Part shown: piece after piece, positions 35,633 to 49,528 of the stretch
How positions within the stretch are numbered: the first letter of the stretch is position 1
Layout of the letters: each line of letters starts with the position of its first letter
From: Geosiphon pyriformis uo1
Lineage: Eukaryota > Fungi > Glomeromycota
Reading direction: 5' to 3'
Assembly: GCA_016748015.1 (NCBI GenBank)
Contig: JAAOMT010000088.1
Coordinates: 157,978-216,046 of the forward strand
DNA length: 58,069 nucleotides
Notes under the pieces: model-generated
Database searches by the model: none
Told to the model about the DNA's origin: nothing
The model's input: the letters and a program-made list of their open reading frames with translations, nothing else
Position numbers and translations under genes: made by a program

Positions 35633-36171
35633 GTACTTTCTGGAAATTATTTTAGAATAAACAACAGTCATGAGGATCCGCGTAATATTAAGCCGATTCT
35701 CATGACTCATTTTTTTTGACTCGACTATCCTAAAATGGCTAAATATAATCAGTATGGGAAATCAAATTCACATCCCCCTTAAAACCGTGAGACCCATTAT
35801 CCAATGTAAATGGTCAGTGATTAAGTACATGGGGTCCATATTTCGTAGTCGAAAACATAATCGGAAGTGCCTCTGATCTAATGTTAGTGTTTCGGCGTCA
35901 CACTGGCATCCCTTCCCTCTTTTGGTTTTATCGTTCATGGAAATAGACCTTTTATTGCGTTATAGGAATACCCCCGTTTTTTAAAGTGTAAATTTTCATA
36001 CTAAATTCTTTTAATTAGCTTATCTATCAAACATCTAGACTATCTATTTTTTGAAATAATTGTGTCATTTAGTTATTCATTAATTTACTTAATAATAAAA
36101 TTGAAAGAAGTTCTTATTTAAATAATAAAGAAAATTTTAATTTTTTATCATTCCACAGAGGATGGCCAAAA

Positions 36172-36676
36172 TTATGCGACCACGTTATTTTTGATGAATT
36201 CAGCTAAAAAAAATATCATGAAGGTTTTGTTTATAATCGATGGCTCTGTGCTATCATATCCGTGTACTTTTGTATAGAAAAATCTATTTCTGAACATACA
36301 ATAGATTGTAATCTTATATTCCAATGTAAATCTGCTATGAATAAAACAGATCATAGGAAACAAGTCAAATTATTAAAATTAAAACATTAAAAAGATTCTT
36401 TTTCCTGAAAATATTTTACATAAGAAAATATCGTTCCATATGATCCCAAAGTTGACACAGCTGGAATTGCGATATTACTGTGGCCTGATTGAAAATCTTT
36501 TGAATCATCCAGAACTTAAAAAGCCCGGAATCATCTTTTTTATTATAAAAATTTAATCGAAAATATGTAATTGCTGCAAATAAAAGCACAATTAATAATG
36601 TTTTTTGTATAAAATCAATAAATACCTTGATTAATTTATGCACAAATAAAAAAAGTGATTTAAAATATATCTGCAT
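36172..36676 (-). pseudogene. Truncated GT34 (GMA12/MNN10-like) glycosyltransferase remnant
   Basis: N-terminal membrane anchor, then NRFFYTKVHGYD (cf. NR..YA..HGY) and PSIINKTF..F.LAEFI (cf. P.I...M..FP.AEWIWWLD); stops before the DxD motif. Confidence 0.45.
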
Positions 36677-37263
36677 ATATTTTCTATAAATACTTTAAAA
36701 ATTGTATAAATCAAAAGACCAAATTTTCAAATAATATTGATTTCGATTTATTAATTAATCAAAAAATGAATCTTTGATTAAAATTAAATTTAGAACTAAT
36801 AAGTAAAAACATATAATAAAAAAAGAAAAAAAGAGCTTTGAATTAAATATTGTAAATTATTCAATAAAAGAAATAAATAGAATTTAGAATAATAAGAAAG
36901 ACATCTGGAAATTTTAAACTATGTCAATTATATTTTTCTGTAAAAAAAAGTTTAAACAACTCAGTTAATAATCAAGTCAACAATTTGTTTTTAAAATAAA
37001 ATATTATTCTGTATAATTAATATATAGTAGGTGAATAAAAAATTAACTATAATATTAATATTGGCCAATTATTGTTAACAAATCTAAGAAGTTTGGTAAA
37101 AAAATTGATTTTTCAATAAAACTTAAAGTGCAAAATATCTTTTCAACAAATAAATTAATGAGGTGATAGTGGAAGGTTGATTAATATAAATTATCTCGTA
37201 AAAAATTTTACTAAAAATGCCCATTGGGCTCGACCAAGATATTTACCACAACCGCCCTCTTGA

Positions 37264-37565
37264 TCATTCTCGTCCGACTTGAGTGGTTTGAGACATGGGT
37301 TTCAATCGCACATAATCAACCATCTAGATAAATAAATAAATTCAAAGATTGGAAATATCTGAGTTTAATTAAACACTGAAAAGTCGGAGCTTTAGAATAC
37401 ATACAAAACCACTTTTCATACGAGATGTATTATGATCGATAATTCTGAAGTCAACATCTCGCCAATAATAGCATGGGCCGGTGCTTTTCGCTACCTCCGG
37501 AGGTTCACTGATGACAAGCTTGACAGGCAACGATGCTCAAACCATTGATCACTATTTGTTGTCAT

Positions 37566-37596
<31 letters not shown>

Positions 37597-38733
37597 ACCG
37601 TCATGTCTATTAGATTTATTGAATCACCGTCTTCCTGTTCCTAATTTCAGCTACATATTGATACTAAGAATTGAAAACAGTTGTTTACAATTGCACAATT
37701 ACCGAAGAATCCAAATAACAGCTTCGAATTTAAGTTATTGCAAAATAGCACGCCGATCAGCTTTGATGCGCCATATAACATGATAAGAGCCTGCTGGAAC
37801 TGATTTAATTGAAGAACGAACCTAGGAAATCGTGCAATAAATTATATTTGTAATGATAGATGGAAAAAATAACCGCGTAAATTCAAAGGAATAATCGTAA
37901 TTCTTACGTCAAACCACCAAACATGGTTCAATCGCGCAATTTTTCCAAATTTACTTTTAATAAAATTAAAAGTTATTAATTTTAATCGAAATTTGGGAGA
38001 GAAATAAATGAAAATAATCACCTCTCTTTATCATTTTCAATTCCCCAATAACCATGGTTTCCAAGCCAAGTAATGCGTCTTTCTTTTGCAACGTAGGATA
38101 TTAGGTTTCCCGCTAAAAACGAGTAATTTGATAGATGTTAATATTATTCCAACGTTATTTCCTTTGATTATATAAATTGGGGAGACAAAAAAAATTACCA
38201 TCTCTTACCCAATTTTTTGTATAATTTACGCCAATCAATTTCTGTTTTTTCCTCATCTATATTTTCATTTATGGTGTTAGAAAAATCCTCTTTTGGATCC
38301 TTTTCAGAACTATTTCGTACATCTTCCTGTTCCTGTTCCTCCTCCTCTTCATCATCACTAGATTTAAAGCTTTGTCCCTTTCCATTCTCTTCATCTCCAA
38401 GATATCTCAAGTCTTTATCTCCAAAACGTAACATAAACATAATAATTATCTTTGGTATGCGAAAACAAGTTTTTGTTAACCTGATTAAAAGCAAAGTTTT
38501 TTGATTAAATTCATAAATTATTTTAAAGTTTTCCTTTGAGATGTACAAGACAAAATTTTTTGAGACATTACTATAGCAACAGAAAAAATGTCTCGCTCAT
38601 TTAACAAGCATAAGATTTTTAACATAATGTCATGTGGTAATCTGGAAAAAATATCCTTATTTCTCGTTATATGAATCTCGATAGTGTCGTCAACCATCGT
38701 CTCGCAAGTATTTTTTCCAGAATCTTGTGACAT
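37264..38733 (-). pseudogene. F-box + PP2 (phloem protein 2-like lectin) domain gene, disabled by two frameshifts and a stop
   Basis: FSRLPHDIMLKILCLLNERDIFSVAI/VNK (F-box), IDWRKLY, ITWLGNHGYW..ES/KFGKIARLNHVWWFD/VRSSIKSVPAGSYHVIWR, QWFEH, KSGF/MVDYVRLKP. Frameshifts near 38440 and 37530; in-frame TAA near 37737. Confidence 0.8.
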
Positions 38734-39327
38734 TCTGTTTTTCAAAGGTATTTTAATTTTAATTTGTGATTGAGAATTATTAATTTTTTTCTTTTTTTGA
38801 TAAAGATTTGGGTTTCGATTGATGTATAATTGTTATGGTGTTGAAAAGTGAGGCTTTAATTGCAATTCTACAAGATATGCATAATTTTAGAATGATGAAC
38901 CATATTTAAATTTCACAATTTATTAGTATTACTGTATGAGGAAAATTCCAATGATTAAGAACTGTTTTGATTATTTCATTTAAAAAATCAATGAATCATA
39001 TCTAATTTTTCTCATTTTAAAAAGGGGACTAGAATTTTTACAATAGTTTTATTCACAGCTTTTTAAAAAAAATTGATCAAAATTTATATGTTCCAAATTC
39101 ATAGTATTTTTGCTTTATTTTATTTCTTAACTGTTAATCAAATTTTAATATATGGTTTATGTTTAATAATATGATATTTTTATTTTTACTTTTATATAGA
39201 TTGATTTTAGAGTTTATTTAACATTGACTTAAACATTATTTATTTTTCAAATAATAAGAAACTACATATAAAATAAATTTTTATTGCTATCATCAAGTTT
39301 AAGTAACAGGAAAATAAAGCCATTTGT

Positions 39328-39504
39328 NNNNNNNNNNNNNNNNNNNNNNNNNNNNNNNNNNNNNNNNNNNNNNNNNNNNNNNNNNNNNNNNNNNNNNNNN
39401 NNNNNNNNNNNNNNNNNNNNNNNNNNNNNNNNNNNNNNNNNNNNNNNNNNNNNNNNNNNNNNNNNNNNNNNNNNNNNNNNNNNNNNNNNNNNNNNNNNNN
39501 NNNN
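39328..39504. other. Assembly gap (N run)
   Basis: Run of N. Confidence 1.
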
Positions 39505-39509
39505 TAACT

Positions 39510-40191
39510 CTAAGCTATAATATTATAACAATTTGTGGATCAGAATGAAAAAGAGAAATTAGAGTAAAGGACAAAGAGATTAAAATTTTACAAAATATAT
39601 ATTTGACTATATATATATTTCGTAATTAAAACAATTACAAGTTTTTTTAAAAAAAATAACAATAGTCAAAATAAAATGTCAGATTTTTTTCAATTGATGA
39701 TTTTGATTCTGAACCAATATTAATCGGTTTTGTGTGTTTCTTAATTAATCGCAAAATTTGTAATTATCTTCAGAAAGATACGAAAACTAAAAAATGAAAA
39801 TATATTTTAAAAATATATTTTAAAGATTTAAATTTGTATTCTATTTTTACTTCAAGTATTTATTTATTTATTTTTGGCCTTTTTTCGCTATAGTTAAAAA
39901 GCTTTTTGTGTCAAAACAAGAATATTAGCACAAGTAAATATCAAAATTTGAAAATGGTTTGAAATTAAAAAATTTATTCTGAAATTTAATAAATGATGAT
40001 AATAGATCACTCAGAGAAAACAATTTTTATACGAGTCTTCCTAACACCTTTTCGGATATGCCAAGTATGTGATAAAAATCTAATATTTCATATCACCTAT
40101 AGCAAAGGTCACGTTTAGTCACGTGTGTCGATAATAACTTGTCGATAACATCTGATTGATATTGTTAATATTAATTTTAATTATAACAATA

Positions 40192-40243
<52 letters not shown>

Positions 40244-41376
40244 TTGATTTGCTCTTAATTTTGTTATTTTTTAAGCTAATAAAGGTTCCTCAAATTGAAA
40301 TCCTTATTCCCACATTGTCATTATATGAATTTTCCTATTATCTTTTCGCGTATTTTTTATCTTTGCTCTTCTATTTCTATTTATTCATTTGTTTGTATAT
40401 TTATTTAAGATGTCTGTTCTTTAAACTACTTTATGTTCTCACTTATAACGCTGTCTCTTATACACATCTAAGCTATAATATTATAACAATTTGTGGATCA
40501 GAATGAAAAAGAGAAATTAGAGTAAAGGACAAAGAGATTAAAATTTTACAAAATATATTTGACTATATATATTTCGTAATTAAAACAATTACAAATTTTT
40601 TAAAAAAAAATAACAATAGTCAAAATAAAATGTCAGATTTTTTTCAATTGATGATTTTGATTCTGAACCAATATTAATCGATTTTGTGTGTTTCTTAATT
40701 AATCGCAAAATTTGTAATTATCTTCAGAAAGATACGAAAACTAAAAAATGAAAATATATTTTAAAATTATATTCTTTTAAAGATTTAAATTTGTATCCTA
40801 TTTTTACTTCAAGTATTTATTTATTTTTGGCCTTTTTTCGCTATAGTTAAAAAGCCTTTTGTGTCAAAACAAGAATACTTGCACAAATAAATATCAAAAT
40901 TTGAAAATGGTTTGAAATTAAAAAATTTATTCTGAAATTTAATAAATGATGATAATAGATCACTCAGAGAAAACAATTTTTATACGAGTCTTCCTAACAC
41001 CTTTTCGGATATGCCAAGTATGTGATAAAAATCTAATATTTCATATCACCTATAGCAAAGGTCACGTTTGGTCACGTGTGTCGATAATAACTTGTCGATA
41101 ACATCTGATTGATATTGTTAATTTTAATTTAAATTATAACAATACATTATTATTTTTATTATTATTATTTTGATTTGCTCTTAATTTTGTTATTTTTTAA
41201 GCTAATAAAGGTTCCTCAAATTGAAATCCTTATTCCCACATTGTCATTATATGAATTTTCCTATTATCTTTTCGAGTATTTTTTATCTTTGCTCTTCTAT
41301 TTCTATTTATTCATTTTTTTGTATATTTATTTAAGATGTCTGTTCTTTAAACTACTTTATGTTCTCACTTATAACG
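39510..41376 (+). repeat. ~0.93-kb direct duplication (39510-40450 / 40468-41376), probably an assembly artefact
   Basis: Near-identical copies differing by SNPs and microsatellite length, joined exactly by an adapter sequence. Confidence 0.9.
40451..40469 (+). other. Nextera/Tn5 mosaic-end adapter contamination
   Basis: Exact CTGTCTCTTATACACATCT. Confidence 0.98.
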
Positions 41377-41739
41377 AGATTAATCAATTTTTATTAGAGC
41401 TTTTCAATAAAGTCTTTTACCTATCTGAAGTCCTTGTAATTAGGCTTAACCAAAATAAAAGTCACTAAAAGGCATATTAATAAAACTTTGTTCAATAATA
41501 AAAAGATGAAAGGTTTATCATTTGAGTACTCAGATGAAGTTAATTTTCGAGACCAACTTTTATTCACATATACAATCAAAAAAATTTCCATCTAATTAAA
41601 AACACCGCGTTAAGTTTTGTTACATTATTGGAAGAAAGAAGACCGCTCAGCATATGAATATCAAGCTTCCCATGTCAGCTATCTATTATAATATCCAAAA
41701 AATTGAATATAAAAGGCAATGCCCATCTAAAAAGATAAT

Positions 41740-42141
41740 NNNNNNNNNNNNNNNNNNNNNNNNNNNNNNNNNNNNNNNNNNNNNNNNNNNNNNNNNNNNN
41801 NNNNNNNNNNNNNNNNNNNNNNNNNNNNNNNNNNNNNNNNNNNNNNNNNNNNNNNNNNNNNNNNNNNNNNNNNNNNNNNNNNNNNNNNNNNNNNNNNNNN
41901 NNNNNNNNNNNNNNNNNNNNNNNNNNNNNNNNNNNNNNNNNNNNNNNNNNNNNNNNNNNNNNNNNNNNNNNNNNNNNNNNNNNNNNNNNNNNNNNNNNNN
42001 NNNNNNNNNNNNNNNNNNNNNNNNNNNNNNNNNNNNNNNNNNNNNNNNNNNNNNNNNNNNNNNNNNNNNNNNNNNNNNNNNNNNNNNNNNNNNNNNNNNN
42101 NNNNNNNNNNNNNNNNNNNNNNNNNNNNNNNNNNNNNNNNN
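41740..42141. other. Assembly gap (N run)
   Basis: Run of N. Confidence 1.
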
Positions 42142-42310
42142 GACCAAGTACCCGAGCACGATTCCATCAGCTAACGTCCTTTTTCCAGCCAATAGACATT
42201 CTCAGGCAAGGGGAATCTTCTGATGACGATCTGTTTTAAAAATTCATGGGGTTATCACCAAATCAATTACACTGACAAATTTAATATATAAACAGGCTTC
42301 AAAAAAAAAA

Positions 42311-42455
42311 AACTCACCAAAACACTCAACTCTAAACCAACCCTCCCAAACACTCTACTCTAAAAACTCACGAACCAACCCTCACAAACACGCAACTCCA
42401 AACTAACCCTCCCAAATACTCAACTCCAAACGAACCTTCCAAACACGCAACTCAC
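42311..42455 (+). repeat. C/A-rich degenerate tandem repeat (~28-bp unit, about 5 copies)
   Basis: caaacactcaactccaaaccaaccctcc-like units. Confidence 0.8.
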
Positions 42456-43019
42456 TTTAAGAAATAGTTTTAAGATTCCTCATAGATTAAAGAAGATTGG
42501 AAAACTGTTCCAACTTTCTAAAATTAAGTCTTGAAGTATATCTTATTATTAAATAGTTACAACTTAGTTAAAATTTGGGGATTTCTATGTTTAATGAGAG
42601 ATTTTTTATTTCCAAATATAGAAAGGTTTTGTAAATAATTATGAGTGTGTTATGTTCGAATACCATTTCTTCTTAAAACGCCAAATTATTAAAGCTTTAT
42701 ACAGTGAAAAATTTACATTAAATTGGAAAACAAAAAATAGTTTTTAAACTTTTTTAAATATTTTTGTATTCATTATAAGTTAAACAGAATTTTTATCATT
42801 CAGGGTTTAAAATATTATGTTTTTAACAAATTTTCATTATAGATAAATTAAAATTTTGAATTGATAAAATTTATCGATCGTCTATATAATTTTTGGCTTG
42901 TAGCTACTTGGAGTTTAGAATCATAAAGTTTTACTTTTCCAAATGAAAACTAGAATTTACGACTTTACATTTAGCTAGTTCAATGAATGTCAGTAAAAAG
43001 AATTTAACTCGTTAAATAA

Positions 43020-44960
43020 ACTGTATATTTATAATTTCAAGGTAAAAAAATTATCAAGTAAAACATAAAATAACAACAATTGTATTATTTTGTTAACAAT
43101 ATTATAAGTAATTTTGTTGAATTATATTCTGTAATTTTGTGGTAATATCTTTCTATAATATCTGAAAGTTTTTTGTTTAGAGTTTTTTGTATAAAAAACA
43201 AAAATTTAATAATTTAATGACTTTTAATACTTAATGTCTTACTTTCTTAACATAATAACTGGTTTATTCTGGTATTTTTGACTCTTTTAATAAGCTATTA
43301 AATTTTTTATAAGTTAACCTTACGCTTTAATTTTGTGTTTTTTATGAAACTATTCTTAATATTATAATATTAATGCTTATTATTTTTAATTAATTCAACA
43401 ATAAAATAAACAACAACAGAATGAAATTAAAAAATTAGTATTTTATTAATAACTATAATTAAAAGCTATTAGTTTAATTCGGTAAAGTTCATAAATTTAT
43501 GCTTTTGATATCTGTTGTTTTAAAAGCAATATAAATAAAATGAGCATTTAATAATAATAATAATAATAATTTTTTATTACATATAAAAAACAATTTATAT
43601 ACTTTTTATATATAACTAGTTATTTAACCCAGTTAAAATTATACTAATTAACCACATAAAATACTGAATTAAAAGCCAAACTATCTAATTTTTGTAACTT
43701 CAAAAATATTATATTTTTGATATAATATGAACTTTTTTAAATTTTACATAATAAACTATAAAATAATATTTTAAAAAACGATATTAATTGATTATTAAAA
43801 ATTTAAAAATTAAATTAAAAAAACATGATAATATTATTTTTAATATTTTCTTCTATTATTATTAATCTCATATTATGTTTTTTTTTCAAATTTTTTATTA
43901 ATTTTTTTAATTCATTCAAATTATACTTTTGAGTTTTAAAATTTTTAACTTTGTAAAAATAATAATAATAATATATAAAATCAAAAAAAAATATATATAA
44001 ACTAAAATTTGTTTTTGCTTAATTTTAGAAATTATTGTTTTTAAATTGTATAAAATCAGTATTAACATGCAAATAATATCAACATAATTATTAGAAATTT
44101 TTTTTAAATATTATTATAAATTTTGAATAAAAAAAATTTATATGTAACTTATAAATTTATTTAATTTTATTTTACATTAACCTAATTTAACAGCTTTGGA
44201 AATATAAAGTTAAATTAACAATATGTAGTTTTGATTTTTACATAACATAAATTAAAAACAAATAACTGTTAATAATTATATATTTAATTTACGTATTTTA
44301 CAAAACCAAATAAGTATAAAGAACAAATATTAAAATTATTAAAAATTTCGATTCAAATTTTTCTAGTTTTAAAGACCAAAAGTGATATATTTTTAATATT
44401 ATTTTATTGTTTATTAAAAACTGTTTAACTTTTATTTTATTTTTTATTGTAAATTTTGTTCTGTTTAATAATATTTGTGTGATTAATTATTTTAAGTATT
44501 TTTTAATATCAACATTATTTAAATACTTAGTTTAATTATAAAATTATTTTTATAAAACTTAATTAGCATTTATAAAATTGAAATTTTTTGGTTATTTTAC
44601 ATACTAAACAACTTTAAATTTTGAATTGAATTTAAGATATACTTTTACATTTATTAATTGTTTTAAAAGTTTTTTTTTTTTTTTAATATAAATAAGTCAA
44701 CTTTAACATTATAAAATAAACCAAAAATTAAATGAAAATACAATAAAAACTTATTTTTTCTTGGCTAAAATTTCTTCAGTTTTAAAAATAATTAATTTAG
44801 TCCTTTTAGTAGATATAAAAGCAGAAAAATGATTTGTTAACTTGCAAGCTAATATTTGCCAACAAAAATTGTATTTTGGAGATTTTTGATTTTTTGCAAG
44901 GTTTCTAAAATCTTTTGTAAATATTTTTAAACAATAATATCATTTTCAAATTTTACTTAT
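43020..44960. other. Hyper-AT island
   Basis: Extreme AT content; residual C/G mostly in ApC/GpT contexts. Confidence 0.7.
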
Positions 44961-47900
44961 TTTACCATTAAAAAGAGTGCACACATTAAGTTATAAACCT
45001 GTATTTACATACAAAAGTCTTAAGTAATTAATACTTAGTTATGCCTACGTTTGCTATAATACATTCTTTGATCAAGTATACTTTCGATAGTATTCGAAAA
45101 TATTTTGCCAGACTTTTTTCAAATAATGTTTGAGTTTTGCAAGATTGGATGGTGAAGAAATACTGTCGTATGTGAGTAATTGATTTGCTTGAAATTGTAC
45201 GGTTAGTATGACTTCCTATTTTTCAGGATAAAGGACTTTTTTGAGACCTATTTTTAAGATGTGCAGAGTCAAAAAATTAATGTAAACATCATAACTGACA
45301 AGTGAGGATTCACTTTATTGAGAAGTTGTGCAACATAATAATTAATTTAAATAACAAACAAAAATCTGGAAGATTGTGGTTTTGGTTCAGCAGAAATATA
45401 AAGATAAAAGTTATGCACATCCGGTGGAACCACTGATATAGGCGTTTGCTAAAATTCTCCAACTAATTCAGTGAATGCAGGTTTTTTTTTTTAAAATACT
45501 TTATTTGAATAGGTACTGAGAAAATCTAGCAACTGAATTTTTGTAAAAAACAATACCTAATCGAAAAGTTACACATTTTTTATTATTCATAAATTATTTG
45601 GAAAGATTATTTGTTGCTTGTAAAAATTTTGTTACAACATCTCATGTGATCTGACATAAAGTAAGAAGTTGTTCAAGAAAAAAAATAATTAACGTTCTAA
45701 AAAGATGATTGATCTCAACTTTTTAGGCAGCTTATTTATATTAACAAGAACTTTTTCAATTGAAGGGATGAGCATCGAGCGTTTCTTAAGGTCAAATTCT
45801 TTAAAGCAATAGTAATTTTGAATGTAATTGAAATTATCCAAAGACCATGATCACTTAAAGTGAGGGGGTCCCTCAGGATAAAAGATTTAGTTATCAGGGT
45901 TATTGATAGACTTCAAGCTAGTAACTTTTTCATCGCGATTTGAATGATAACTGTTCAACTACAATAAATAGTTTTCCTAACATTCCAATAAAATGAATCT
46001 TTTTCTTTCGCAAAAAAATTTGTAGTACAAATTATGTATATCATGACGGTATATACCGTTAACGATAACAAATTCTTACCGATTTAAAGTTTATTAAGGA
46101 TAATCATAACACTATTTGCAGACTGACACCGTAAACTTTAAAAGATTTTGATTTAACAATTAGAATTTTGATCAATTACTAAATACAAAGTTTAGAAATA
46201 TTAAACCTAATAATTTTGGGAATTCTTTGTGTTGAGCTTTATTCCGAACAAATCATTGTCAAGGTCCGTAATAAGTATTTTTGGTAAGACAAATCCAGCT
46301 ACTCAATTATGAATAGACTTTTCGCATTTCAAGAATTAAGCTTTAAATCTAATATTATGGCACATAGACCTTATCCGATTACAATTATATAATTTTGTCG
46401 TCTTAAAGGTTTCCAAGAATATATAAAATCTGACATATGTATATGAAATTCAGAGAAATATCAAATTTTAGCTCAGTTAATAAAGAACTCTAATTTTATT
46501 TGTTTGTACTTTACTCTTGTGTATGAAACTTTTTCTGGACATTCCAATTTAGTAACTAAATTTAAAAAGAGAGATATTGCTTTCTTATTGAATCTTGTCA
46601 TGTAGAAAATTTGCATCAGCTAATTCAAGTTACAAGATACATACAAACAAAATTGAATTAATTTTTCAATTTTCAAAAAATTCACTTAAAGTTTATGCGT
46701 CAAAAAAATTTCGTTTTTGAATCTTTACCTTTGAGATTGTTGTAGTGAACGATCAAGAAATTTAATAGTTTAAAAAGAAAGAATGTAATCGAATAAAAAA
46801 ATTATTAAGAAATCCAAAAGATTGAAACAGTAAAGAAGTTTTGACTGAACAAAATGAATTCCCGTTTGTATAGGAATTATATCTAAATTTAAGTTACAAA
46901 ATTATTATCTTTTCACAAAAAGATAATAATTTTACACTCATCAAATCTTGGGGATCTAACTGGAAAGATAGGTTTTATATTGATAACTAAAGGAAGAAAA
47001 TCAAAAATATTTTTATGGGGTTTTCTCATTATTATGATGAGTAATATTTTTCTTCCAAAGATTAGAATCTAAGCAGAGATCCTTATTAATTTTTTAGAAA
47101 AAATTAGTAAAATGTTATTTTTGTCAAATACGCAATACTTTTTAATGTCATATTTGTTTACTTGTAAAAGTAAAAAAATACTTTTTTTAATGTTCAACTT
47201 TCAGGTCACCTGGTAACAAGAAAAAATCTAGATGCTCATCCATCAAATATCTATTCATGTTTCTTAAAAAATGCACAAAGTCTACCACATCCTAAATGGA
47301 ATGGTAACGCAACATTTTGCCGAGTACATTGAGCTGATACATTTAAAATTAACCCCTTAAACCTTCTTTGCTTATTAATTTGAAACCCGAAGATGTCATC
47401 AAACTTTCATCTTTTCTCTGGACCATCCTTGTATTTTTTGAGCCCAAATTTAGGAAACGAGAACCATTTGTCGTTTATCTTTCCTCTAGGGATCAGCTTT
47501 GATTTGCTCAATGAACGCATAATAAATGCATGTAGTGAAGACAAAAAAAACAACCTAAATTTGTGTGATCAAGCGCCCCAAATTTTCGACCTCTATTTAC
47601 ATGCTACCCCATTATGCAGGATTTGATGCCTAGTCCCTTTACAGAGATCTTTGTTACAAACTTAATTTTAATTCCGATTCAATTAGATTTAGAAAATGAC
47701 ATGTTTGGCTAGATCATAGTTTCTACTTTGAGTAAATGAAGTGCACCTAAATAAATATAACCAAAAGTCCTGAATCGGACCCTAGTTGTAAACCTTGAAG
47801 AGGCTGTGAATTTCTTGTTTTTTTTTTTTCATTTTTCATTTTTCATTTTTTTTTTTTTTTTTTGACTCTCTTGCCTGTTTAAATTTCTTGCTTCAAAAAA

Positions 47901-49486
47901 GCCTTATCGTGGCGAAACTTGGCAGAAAGAAAGGAACAATTTATTTATTGTAGTTGAGCTTCTTAAGCCTTTTTACACCTTTCAGCTTTGAATTATTACA
48001 GAATAAATTATCGGTCATAAAGATTCTTAAGTTGTCACACGAAATTTGACCCCGAATCTATCAAATCTCACTTAGCAGCTAGGTATGGTGTAGGTTCAAT
48101 TTTTCGATGATCTATTCAAGATTTTGTCTTAATACATTGTATTACTTTTTCTTATCTTACCCACAAGAACTCATGACATTTTTCGTTCGATAACTCTTTT
48201 TCATAAATCGAATGCCTAATTGGAACAAATAATAAAGATTGAATATTAGATTGTATGAAACTAAAATTTTATCTGAATAAAGTGACACGATTTCTCAGAT
48301 AGGATTATTCAGACTCAAACTGAAAAGCTTGCATGAAAATTTTTTTTTCAAAGTTGAACTTTCATTCAAAGATCATAAATAAAAAATATTTATTTCTTCA
48401 ATCACTGAATAGCAAAGATCTGTCTTACGTAAAAATATCAGCCCAAGCTATAATTGGGGTGAAAACAAGAAAATTTCCAAAATTGAATTTTTGCCTCGCC
48501 TTTCATGAGACTCATCTGAAATTCTCCGCTGGAGTTAAAAAATATGCGCGATATTTCATTTTTGCAAGGTCATCTAGTATAAAGATTTGACTGATAATTT
48601 AGAGGGTCAAACCGTTAGTTTGAAAGTCGTGCCCCAAAAAACCTATAGGCCGACATGTATAGCAAAAATCAACTAAACAATTTAAAATTTGTGATTATCG
48701 CTCATGGCTCAGAACTTTTTTACACTCAATGCAATGTCACCTCATCCGATATATTCCGTAAGGAATTTGCGAGTGAAAATTACATCATTCTCCGGCCTCT
48801 GTTTAGAACATTCTTTGCAAGTCCCTAGAATTTTTCCCCTTAATAGTTCAATTGACCGAGTCTTCTCGGGTAAAAATATTCCGGTCAAAATATAAATAAA
48901 ATGAAAAAGATGTCATGATGTCAACACGTTTAGGGTCCACAATGATATCAGATAGACCTGAGAGAAGAGATCTCAAAACAACGATTCTCAATTGGCAGTC
49001 AATTTTTGTTTATGATTGTATAATTTTATGGGATTAAATTCAAAAACCAAACTTGAAATTTCCGGGATTAAGTATACTAATTTAAAAATATTGAAAATTT
49101 CAAAAAACGTTACGAAAATATTTTTTAAAAACATTTAGAAATTTAATTTCAATGACAAAAAAAAATAATCATCTTCCGCCAAAAACTCAACAATATTTGG
49201 GGAAATTGAGAAATTTTTCAACAAGAAATTTCTGATCATTTTTCACCGAATTTGTTGCGAGGTATTAAATTTAAAATGCTTTTTACACTTTGAATAGATT
49301 CTGAAACATTTAGTTTGCAAAGAGATATGAACCATGTCGTGATATTAAATCAGGATACATTTGTCTAAAATAATTTCGGACTCGGGAATATTCTTAAATC
49401 TTTGTGTTGTAAACATGTTTACAAACCAAATAAAAATTCAATTCAGAGGAAAGTGTCATCTGAGATTGAGAAAAAATAAATAAATA

Positions 49487-49528
<42 letters not shown>

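Noticed and set aside
40451-40469. Genuine Tn5/IS50 transposon end or horizontal transfer
   Set aside because: It is the synthetic mosaic end used in Nextera libraries, located at a duplication junction near gaps.
42206-42218. CAAGGGGAATCT match to 28S rRNA
   Set aside because: Only about 12 nt, with no flanking homology.
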